From Octopus sinensis (Eukaryota): a DNA stretch of 64,000 nt. The position numbers were made by a program, and so were the translations under genes. This document shows positions 53,311 through 64,000 of this stretch, one piece after another. The DNA is taken from positions 75,826,001 to 75,890,000 of the forward strand of contig NC_043004.1 of assembly GCF_006345805.1 (NCBI RefSeq), read 5' to 3'. The notes below the pieces were generated by a model that saw only the letters and a program-made list of their open reading frames with translations, had not been told where the DNA came from and did not search any database. Position 1 is the stretch's first letter. Every line of letters begins with the position of its first letter.

Positions 53311-54305
53311 ATTCAGTCCCACTGCATGGCCCCATGGGCAAGTGTCTTCTACTATAGCCTCAGGCCGACCAAAGCCTTGTGAGTGGATTTGGTAGATGGA
53401 AACTGAAAGAAGCCTGTAGTGTGTGTGCGTGTGTTTGTGTACGTGTGTGTGTGCATGTGTGTCTTTGTGTCTGTGTTTGTCCTCCACCACTACTTGACAA
53501 CTGGTGTTGGTTTGTTTACATCCCTGTAACTTGGCAGTCTAGTAAAAAGGGATCAATTGAATGAGTACCAGGTATAGATACGAAACAAAAAAAAATGTAC
53601 GGGGGTTTGATCCATTCAACTAGACACTCTTTAAGGTGTTGCCCCAGCATGGCCACAGTCTAATGACTACAACACATAAAAATAACAAAAGATTAAGATA
53701 TAAAAAAAAAATTCCTCTCCCATTCTTCTTCCTCAGCCCTTCTCTGTTTTATCCCCAACCCCACCTCTGTTATCCCCACCAGCCAGCCCCTAATTTTGCC
53801 CTGTACCATTCTTTAGATATTGTTGTCTGTGACACAGAGAAAAGGATTTTCCTTGTGTTTTAGCTTTGCCTGATTAGCAGTCAGCATCAGGGTCTGCGGG
53901 GTGGGGGGGCGGAATAGGGGATGAGATCCTTATATCCTTCAATATCCCTACTACCTTATTGCCTTCATTCCCAGCATGCACAACACCCTTTCCTCATTCT
54001 CTCTCTCTTGCTCTCTCTCTCTCTCCTCTCCATCTCTCCCTCTCTCTCTCCTCTCTCTCTGTCTCTTTTCTGCAAATGTCCTCTCTCTCTCTCTCCCCTT
54101 GTGTCTTTCTTACTTAGTCTCTCTTTTGTCTTCTTTTTATATGTCTCTATTTCTCTCTCTGGCTCTCTCTCTCTCTCTCCCTTACTCTGTGTGTCTCTCT
54201 CCCTCTCTATCCTTTCCTCTCCTTTTCTGTCCCTCTCTATCTGTCTCTCCCTTTTTCCATCTCTCTATTTCTCTCTATCCAACTGTCTTTCTCTCCCTCT
54301 CAATG

Positions 54306-54359
<54 letters not shown>

Positions 54360-54873
54360 TCTGTGTTTCTGTGTGTATCCCTCCCCTTCTGATTTTCTCT
54401 CCTGCCCTCCCCCCCCCGCTCTCTCTTTCCACACCCATTCTTTACTACCTCCTTCCACCATGGAAAATCTACCTCTCCCCCTCTCTCACCTTCTTTCGCT
54501 CTCCCTCTCTTCTCTTTCTGTTGAACCTTTAAGGTCAACACAGCAGGAATTCAAGAATTGAATTCTTTATATGTCACCTAAACATTTCATTTTACACACA
54601 CACACACACATAAAAACAAAATATACACACACTCATAAATACACACACACATACACATACATATAAACATATAAAAAGAAAATATACACACACTCATAAA
54701 TACACACATACACATTTTCACACACAAATACATGCATGCGCAAACACACATATTCACTCATGCACACGTATACACACACACACACAGTCACACACAGTCA
54801 AGCATAAAATACACATTGATTCATGTGCACACACACACACACACATATGCATACACTCACATACATAAAAAGC

Positions 54874-54935
<62 letters not shown>

Positions 54936-55019
54936 GTACAAGTCCACTAATAATTATTTGTATGCTTTTGTCCTTTATCTCTGTTTCTTTGTCTTTCAAT
55001 GACTTACCAACTCACCGCT

Positions 55020-55070
<51 letters not shown>

Positions 55071-55093
55071 GTGCTTGTGCGTGTGTATGCATA

Positions 55094-55130
<37 letters not shown>

Positions 55131-55374
55131 CATATCTTGTCAAACTGCACGCCCCGCCCCACCGCCAGCATGGAGCTTGGAAGTGAAATAATGATGGTGA
55201 TGATGATGACGGTGTATATGAGTGTGCAGTCGTGTTGTGTGTGTGTATTTGTGTATGTATGTGTGTGCATGTGTGTGTGTGTTTGTATGCACACACACAC
55301 ACACATCTACATATACAGATAGATAGATAAATAGATATAGATAGATAGACATACAGACAGATAGTCAGATGTGT

Positions 55375-55528
55375 GTGCACATACATACATACATACATAC
55401 ATATATACATACATACATACATACATACACACACACATACATACATGCATACATACATACATCATACATACATACATACATACATACATAGATACATACA
55501 TACATACATACATATATACATACATACA

Positions 55529-55562
<34 letters not shown>

Positions 55563-55670
55563 CATACATACATACATACATACATACATACATACATACA
55601 TACATACATACATAAATACATACATACATATGTGTGTGTGTGTGTGTACACACACACACACACACACACA
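55375..55670. repeat. (TACA)n microsatellite
   Basis: Direct reading; source of the MYVC/HTYI pseudo-ORFs. (GAA)n at 59985-60140 is a similar case. Confidence 0.97.
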
Positions 55671-55859
55671 CAAAGAACAACTGCAATACATTCTTAATAA
55701 TTTTCTGTCCAATTTTTTCTCGCTCCTCTCCATCAAAATATCATTTTGCTTTTAGATTCTTATTTAAACTCTCCAAAATCTGTCTAAATTTCTTGCCATA
55801 TTTTTTAACCAATTTCCAAGACTTGTTAAAATTCTATCATTTTTCATAATCATATTTCC

Positions 55860-58030
55860 TTCATCCTCTTCTTCTTATTTTATCCTACCACCTCTTCCCC
55901 TCCCTTCTTCTTTTTATTTCTTTCCTTAGAATTTTTTCTTTTGTATTTTTTATTTGTTTTCTCTTCTTTCTCTCTTTTGCTTCTACTTTCGTTTTCTGCT
56001 TTCTCTTCATTTTGATTTTTTGTTTTGCTTGTGTGTGTGTGTGTGTGTGTGTGTCTCCTCCTACTCCTACTCCTCCCATTCTTTCTCCCTCCTCCTCATC
56101 CTCCCTCTTTCCTTTCCTTCCTCCCATTTCTCCTCCCTACCTCTTATTCCTCCTCTTCCTCCACTTCTTCCTTATCTTCTTCCTCCTCTTCCTCTTCTTC
56201 TTCCCCCTTCCTCCCTTCTTCCTTTTCTTCTTCTCCCTCCCCTTACTCCTCTTCTTCCTTTTCTTCTTCTTCCTTTTCTTATTCTTCCCCTTCTTCCTCT
56301 TCTTTTTCCTACTCCTCTTCTTTCCTCCTCCTCTTCTTCTTCCTTTCCCCTTTTTCTTCATCTCCTTCCTCTTCCTCCTCTTCATCTTCTTCTTTTACCT
56401 TTTTCCTCCCTCTTCTTCTTTTCCCCTTTTCCTCCCTCTTCTTGTTCCTCTCTTCCTCTTCTTTTTCCTCTTCTTCTTTTCCCCTTTTCCTTCCTCTTCT
56501 TGTTCCTCTCTTCTTCTTCCTTTTCCTCTTCTTCTTTTCCCCTTTTCCTCCCTCTTCTTGTTCCTCTCTTCTTCTTCCTTTTCCTCTTCTTCTTTTCCCC
56601 TTTTCCTTCCTCTTCTTGTTCCTCTCTTCTTCTTCCTTTTCCTCTTCTTCTTTTCCCCTTTTCCTTCCTCTTCTTGTTCCTCTCTTCCTCTTCCTTTTCC
56701 TCTTCTTCTTCTTTTCCCCTTTTCCTTCCTCTCTTCTTGTTCCTCTCTTCTTCTTTTCCCCTTTTCCTTCCTCTTCTTGTTCCTCTCTTCCTCTTCCTCT
56801 TCTTCTTCCTCCTCTTCCTCTTCTTTTTCCTCTTCTTCTTTTCCCCTTTTCCTCCTCTTCTTGTTCCTCTCTTCTTCTTCCTCCTCTTCCTCTTCTCCTC
56901 TTCCTCCACCTCTTCTTCCTCCACTTCCTCTCTTCCTCTTCCTCTTCTTCTTCCTCCTCTTCCTCTTCTTTTTCCTCTTCTTCTTTTTCTTCTACTTCCT
57001 CTTCTTTTTCCTCCTCCTCCTCTTCCTCCACCTATTTTTCCTCATTCTCATCCTCCTCCCCTTCTGCCCTCCTCCTCCTCTTCCCCCTTTTCATCTTCTT
57101 TTTCTTCCTCATTGTCCTCTCTTCCTCTTCCACATCTTCTTCCTCCTCCTCCTTCTCTATATCTTCTTTCTCCACCTCCACTACTTCCCCTCCTCCACCA
57201 CCACTTCTTCCTCCCCTCTACACCTACTTCCTTATCCTCCACTTACTCCTTCTCCTCTTCCTCCACCTCTTCTTCCTCCACTTCCTCCACATCACCCCTT
57301 CTTCTTCCTCCTCCTCCTCTTCCTTTTCTTCCTCATTGTCCTCCTCCACCTTTTCTTCCTCCTCCTCTTCCACATCTTCTTCCTCCTCCTCCTTCTCTAT
57401 ATCTTCTGCCTCCACCTCCACCACTTCCCCTCCTCCACCACCACTTCTTCCTCCCCTCTACACCTCCTACTTCCTTATCCTCCACTTACTCCTTCTCCTC
57501 TTCCTCCACCTCTTCTTCCTCCACTTCCTCCACATCACCCCTTCTTCTTCTTCCTCCTCCTCCTCTTTCTCCACCACTTCTTCCTCCACTTCCTCTCTTC
57601 CTCCACTCTTTGTCCTCTTCTTCCTCCACATCACCCCTTCTTCTTCCTCCTCCTCCTCTTTCTCCACATCTTCTTCCTTCACTTCCTCTCTTCCTCCACT
57701 CTTTGTCCTCTTCTTCTTCCACTTCCTCCCCTCCACCCCTTCTTCCTCCTCCTCCCCCACTTCCTCCGTCTCCACTTCCTCCACCCCTTCTTCCTCCACT
57801 TCCTCTCTTCCTCTATATCTTTGTCCTCTTCCTCCTTCTTTCCTTTTCCTCCTCCTTCTCTGCCCCTCCTCTTGCTTCTCATTCTCCCCTCCCTTTTCCT
57901 CTTCCTCTTCTCCTCTTCCTATTTTTTCACCCTCCCTTCCTCCTCTTGTTCCTCTTCATCATCATCCCCTTCCTCCTCCCTTCCTTCCTTTTATTATTTC
58001 CTCATCATTCTGGCACTTCTTTGTTGTCAT
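55860..58030. repeat. Polypyrimidine (CTT/CCT) low-complexity tract containing a 58 bp minisatellite and a ~240 bp duplication
   Basis: cttgttcc recurs at 56441, 56499, 56557, 56615 and 56673 (58 bp period). The block starting cacatcttcttcc recurs at about 57130 and 57370. Confidence 0.92.
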
Positions 58031-58304
58031 TTAACCACCTACATACTACCCCTTTAAAATGAAAAGGCATTTCAGCCTCGACCACCCACCCTTTCTTATT
58101 CAGATATCTAAAACTGCATTAACCAAGTTGTCCTTCCATTTTTTAAAACAGCACAGTCTGATTCAAGGGAGACTGGCTTCTATTTCTAGCAAGTTCAGCA
58201 ACCACATTGAAGCTTCCTCATTGACTCATCCCTTACCTTGTTGATGTTTTTGTCGGTGGTGGTGATGGTGATAGCGGCAGGTTGTGGTCTTATACCTCTC
58301 TTGA

Positions 58305-58343
<39 letters not shown>

Positions 58344-58705
58344 ACTGTAATAATAATCTTCTCTTCTACTCTCCCTACCACCACCCATATTCTTAATTCG
58401 TCCCCTGATCAAATATCCATTCGTGCCCTCACCACTGATGAGGCCTACCTCCCACAGACAGATTAGAACCTGCTGTGGGGGGGACTCTTAGAGAGAGACA
58501 GGACGCCTCAAAGAGTTGGCATATTTGGCTCCAACATGGAATACCACCATTGCAGACAAGTTGATATTGTGCAAGAATGCTTAAAATGCTGGAACCGTCT
58601 TTGCTAATCTGTTTGTTAATTGTGTCAGCTTCCATTCCAGGAGGAGAATTTATTGCTTTAATTTTGGTATAATGAATGAAATCGAAAGAAATTTAGGCCA
58701 ATGCA

Positions 58706-58810
<105 letters not shown>

Positions 58811-60098
58811 CTATCTATCTATCACTCTCTCTCAATCTTTCACTCTCCCTCTCTCTTTCTATCTTTTTCTCTCTCTCTCTATCTCTCTATCTAGTTTTCT
58901 ATCTCTATCTCTATCTCTCTCTCTCTGTCTCTCTCTCTATCTATCTATCTATCTCTATATATATACATATATCTTTCTATCTCTATCTGTCTATCTATCT
59001 ATCTATCTATCTATTTCTTTTTCTCTCTCTCTCTCACTATCTATCTCCCCCTCTCTCTCCCCCTCTCTCTTTCTCTCGCTTTATCTCTCTCTCTCCATCT
59101 CTGTCTCTCCCTTTCTCCTCTTCTTTTACTTGTTTCAGTCATTTGACTGCGGCCATGCTGGAGCACCACCTCATGAATTTTCAATCAAGTGAACTGACCC
59201 CCAATATTTATATTCTTTTTAAAGCCTGGTTACTTATTCTATTGGGTCTCTTTTGCTGAACAGCTAAGTCACAGGGATGTAAACAAACCAACATGGGATG
59301 TCAAGTGGTGGTGGTGGTGGTGGGGTACAAACACTGATCAAAGACACTCACACACACACATATACACACAATGGGCTTCTTTCAGTTTCCATCTAACCAA
59401 ATCCACTCTTAAGGCTTTGATCAGCTCAAGGCCATAGTAGAAGACACTTACCCAAAGTGCCATGTAGTGGGACTGAACCTGGAACCAAATGGCTAGGAAG
59501 CAAGCTTCTTACCACACAGCCATGCCTGTATATTGCTTGTTTCAGTCATTGGATGGCGGCCCATGCTGGAGCGCTGTCTTGAAGACTTTAGTTGAACAAA
59601 TCAACTACAGTGCTTTTTTATCTTTTTTTTTAGTCTAGAACTTATTTTATTGAGCTCTTTTGCCAAACTACTAAGTTATGGGGATCTAAACAAGCCAGCA
59701 CCCGTTGTCAAGTGATGGCAGGGGGTAGGGGACAAACACAAACACACACACACATTACATATACACACATACACATACATGCATACATAGGCACATACAT
59801 ACACACACATACATGCATACAGACACATAAACACATACATACACACACATACATGCATGCATACATACATACAAGAATACATACATACATACATACATAC
59901 ACATACATACACACACATACATACATACAGACAGACAGACATACATAAGGAGGAGGAGGAAGAGGAGGAGGAGGAGACGAAGAAGAAGAGAAGAAGAAGA
60001 AGAAGAGAAGAAGAAGAAAAGAAGAGAAGAAGAAGAAGAAGAAGAAGAAGAAGAAGAAGAAGAAGAAGAAGAAGAAGAAGAAGAAGAAGAAAGAAGAA

Positions 60099-60130
<32 letters not shown>

Positions 60131-60464
60131 AGAAGAAGAACAACAACAACAACAATAAACGCTCTGATGCAATACTAGGCAATGGCTCTCTTGGTGTCTG
60201 ATCTTAACTGATGATTGGAAGTGTTAACATGTACCTGTTTTTGTGGAAAAAAGATGGGAAGCAGCAAATATTCTGCTCAATACCACAGATTTGCTTCATC
60301 TTCACCAGTTGAGCATGTCCCTTAGTGGCTAACAATATGTGCACCTCTGATCATGAGCAGGGTTAGTGGGGAAGCATCATAGCTATGTGTTGAGAGGGAT
60401 TCTTTAGGGTTTGAATCACTCGCCTCTGTAAACATGGATGTTTTATTCATCATTCTTAATCAAG

Positions 60465-60625
60465 ACACAAGAGTGGCTGTGTGGTAAGAAGCTTGCTTCC
60501 CAACCACATGGTTCCGGGTTCAGTCCCACTGTGTGGCACCTTGGGTAAGTGTCTTCTACTATAGCCTCAGGCGACCAAAGCCTTGTGAATGGATTTGGCA
60601 GACAGAAACCAAAAGAAGCCTGTCG

Positions 60626-60658
<33 letters not shown>

Positions 60659-60900
60659 GTATATATATGTATATATGTGTTTGCTGTTTGTGTTTGTGTT
60701 TTTGTGTTTGTACCCTCACCATCACTTGACAACCGATGTTGGTGTGTTTACATCCCCGACACTTAGCAGTTCAGCAAAAAGGGATTGATACAATAAGTAC
60801 TAGGCTTACAAAGAATACGTCCTGGGGTCGATTTATTCAACTAAAGGTGGTGCTCCAGCATGGCTGCAGTCAAACGACTGAAACAAGCAAAAGAGTAAAA
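60465..60900 (+). mobile_element. tRNA-derived SINE family A with an internal (TA/TG)n microsatellite, representative copy
   Basis: Head ggctgtgtggtaagaagcttgc...ggttcagtcccactg, central microsatellite, tail ...ggtgctccagcatggc...gaaacaag.aaaagagtaaaaga. Many other copies at approximately 5131-5330, 7722-7910, 8300-8630, 13745-13900, 14435-14795, 26375-26680, 30705-30985, 36243-36640, 52380-52770, 53310-53700 (+) and 9560-9975, 10100-10525, 17570-17725, 19700-20010, 21480-21890, 31145-31440, 42195-42360, 52850-53255, 59125-59530 (-). Confidence 0.9.
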
Positions 60901-61604
60901 GAAAGAACCCTTATTCAGGGACCTTTTAAGGAGAACAGGCAACTGAAGAAAATTCTTAGTTGATGCGCTGAAAACAACAAATGCTGCAGTGTCAATGCAT
61001 TGAGAATGAACATCGAGTTCCACTTTGTTGTTTTCCACAAGGGGAGTGGGAAAGGAGGACATTGGATCATAAAGGATGCCTGTCCCCGGTATGCTGTGAA
61101 TGACTGGAAGGCACAAGGGAATTTGAAGGAAGCACTTGTGCCCCCAGCCATATCATAATAAACAAAATCAACATCCTGGTCTACAGAGTAGGAGATGTTT
61201 GGCACAGCTATTTTGCCATCACCTATTTGATGGTGCTGATTTGATGCTGACTTATTTGACATTAGACAGCTCGATATTTCTCTCTCTCCCTCTCCTTCAC
61301 CCGCTCTCTCTCTCTCCTTCTCTTTTGCTTTCTTTCTCTTTCTTGCTCCCTCTCACTCCCCCTCTCTTTCTCTTTCTCACCCCCTCTCTGTCTCTGTTTA
61401 TGTGAGTTAGTATATTTCTCTTTATATGTATGAGGAGAGGGAGAGTATTTATGTTGACCATGTTCAATTAATAAATTGTAATGTCTCTCTCTCTCCCTCT
61501 CTCCCTCTCTCTCTATCTATCTATCTATCTATCTATCTACCTACTTATCTACTTATCTATCTATTTATCTATTAATGTGTAGGTGTATATTTCTACATGC
61601 ATGG

Positions 61605-61649
<45 letters not shown>

Positions 61650-64000
61650 ATGTGTGTGTGTATGTGTGTGTGTGTGTTCCAATGCCTGTAAAAGCTGAAC
61701 TATGGCTGACTTCCAATATGTGCAATGGAATTTTGGGAATTTTGGAATTTTGTCAGTGACCAGGTCTTAGATATATGCTAACGGTTTTGGATACTTTATC
61801 ACAATGGTTCTCAATGGAGACCAAATAATAAATGACTGTTGTACTTCCTGTGGAAATTTTTTAAAATCCTATAATTCAAAGTTAAGAACTTAGAAATAAA
61901 ATATGGAAAATCTAATATTTGTCTTGTATTATTTATCATTCTTGTTTATAGCAAAATTATAAATAATAAATTTTCTGAAACCTTAAATAATATTATTTAA
62001 AATGCACCATGCATTAAACATAGTATTTGAAAACCACAATTTTATAGTATAAAATACTGTAATGACAAAATATTTCATTGGTTGAAAAAGCAACAAAAAT
62101 TTGAGTGAAGCTCAAATACAAAAATATTTATTTTTGTCATCAGCAGATGATGACAAATGAGATATTTACACTAAGTGAGCCAATTGTTTTGTGTCAGCAA
62201 TAATAGTGGACTGTAGTAGCCATTGCATTTTATAGCTGAAGTTCAAAGGTGTAAGTTCCTACAGCCATTATCAGACAAACCATTTATATGTACCCAGTGG
62301 TCTGTCAAAGAAAAGGTGCCAAAGACAAAATTGTTAATGACATTCCAGTGTGATGTTTACAACTGGAATTCTAATGAATCAAGCCTCTGTTAGGTTTGTT
62401 GTATTTTTCACTGGCCAGCCTAACAATGATGAAAACGATTTCTTAATGTTTCTATTAGAAATATCATTGGTTGCTTGCTTGCTGGTATTGTCAATCCCAG
62501 ATAGAATCCTGTTTTGGTATTCAGTTACTTCCACCTATGAACACAGTGAATCAGGTTCAATTCCTAGACAGTGAGTTGGTGTTTGGGACTCTGCCAATAT
62601 TTTTGCTGCAATGTTTTTGAGGACAGTGCTCCAGCATAGCCTTGCAACAAAATAATATCATCAACAAATGAAACAAAATGAATCATATATGCATGTTTTT
62701 AATGAATATCATTACTCTTCTAAATATTCTTTTATTCTTTTTCTTTCCCTTTTCATTGACTAAACTGTGACCACTGAGGGCAAAATTTTCACTGAACTAT
62801 CAAAGAAGGGGTCATCAAGTGCTCCCAATTGGCTTGTGTGTGTAAGAAAAAACACCTAAAAACGCCTTTAGTGTTCATATTAATCTGTCAAATGAGATGC
62901 TTATTTGTTCACGTTATTTTGAATTCAAGAGGAATTTTGGTTCAAGAGGAGTGTCCACAATATTTGCTTGTAACTTTGTAAATTTTTTACATACAGATTT
63001 GAAATTTTGTCAGTGGGTGCTTTATATACCACTGGTTTATAGTTATGTAACTTTAGCTGATCTTGCTGAGTAAATTTGACTTTTATGGGCAGGTAAATTT
63101 TAATTAACAGGTGTAAAAGCAATAACAGTATGGATAAACACTAAACTTGAAATTCTTAATGCATCTTACCAGTTTGATTTGTTTCTAAAATTATCTCAGA
63201 TGGCAACCGACAAAGATTTTAACAAAAACTTTTCAAGATGAGATACATTAATTTGAATTAATTAAAATACAGGTATAATCAGTACAAGATTTTATTCTTT
63301 TGATAAATATTTCATAGCTCAATGTGGAATAATTTTTTCACAGATTTTTCGAGTGCATTCGACGTATCTAACCTCCAAACCTGCCACAAGCCACTTTTTC
63401 TGGAAAAGAAAGGTGGGAGGGGTGGTGGGAACCTCGAAGTTTCCCACTAAGGGAGGTTTGTACTGCAGGTATTTTTTTCTTTTGCAGGTTATTTTGCATG
63501 CTTTCAAATAATGTGACATTGAAATCACATGTAAACAGCTCCTTTTTCCAGAAAAGGAAAGATTTGGCTGCTATTTCTAGCATGCCATGCTACCATGTAA
63601 CAGCTATTTGCATTCTTACCTAAATATTTACCAATTTTTTTCTTTCCATTTACTTTTTTCCACTTTATGGAAGTCAATATTTTCTCTGTTGACATCCACC
63701 TCAGTGAGGTCATGGAACAAGTGGAAACACATCAAACGCTGTTCTCTCTTGACTGGACAAAGAAATTTCCCACTGTCTTTGCAAACAACAAGTGGGTGGA
63801 TTTGGTTTCAAATCCAGACAGGACCAAACAAGGCCCTACAACTTATTCATAATAATAAGTAGTGTTATATCAGGATTGAAAGAATGACACATACAATATT
63901 GAATATGCTAAGACAATCTGAAGACAATAGAAACTTTTAAATGTTTACAGGTTTTTATGAAATTTTGGAGTTAATGGACTTGAGTTAACAGAAGCTAAAT

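Noticed and set aside
55954-58062. Three ~700 aa + strand ORFs and E/K/R-rich minus ORFs
   Set aside because: A C/T-only tract cannot contain stop codons on +, all frames are open, and the internal 58 bp period is not codon-phased.
58435-58483. Hammerhead starting CUGAUGAG followed by a hairpin
   Set aside because: No GAAA after the stem and no NUH/stem I arrangement; the hairpin alone is not diagnostic.
62997-63092. 96 nt + strand exon with good splice sites
   Set aside because: All three frames contain a stop codon and there is no supporting neighbouring exon.

Overview
Eukaryotic, repeat-dominated animal DNA. The SINE/LINE families and extreme microsatellite load look like an octopod cephalopod (Octopus-like); this rests on recalled repeat families, not a database search. 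One host gene is well supported: a + strand UBE2G2/Ubc7-type ubiquitin-conjugating enzyme. Its four GT-AG coding exons (15960-16041, 24224-24342, 26200-26340, 29074-29186) join in frame, and the expected short first coding exon was not found in the window. The rest is tRNA-derived SINEs (three families), RTE-clade LINE 3' fragments (one with three C2H2 fingers), a decayed Tc1 transposase, several MITEs, long microsatellites, a 2.2 kb polypyrimidine tract and a ~6 kb array of ~46 x 132 bp monomers. Almost all long ORFs in the supplied track are microsatellite artefacts, and there is no CRISPR array. The most interesting signals are: (i) seven minimal hammerhead-ribozyme-like cores (CUGANGA-A-stem II-GAAA-NGUH plus a short stem I), four of them in inverted-repeat arms, resembling Penelope-like retroelement ends; (ii) large palindromes, including a 382 bp nested palindrome with flip/flop hairpin loops; (iii) a satellite whose monomer appears to derive from a dispersed repeat.
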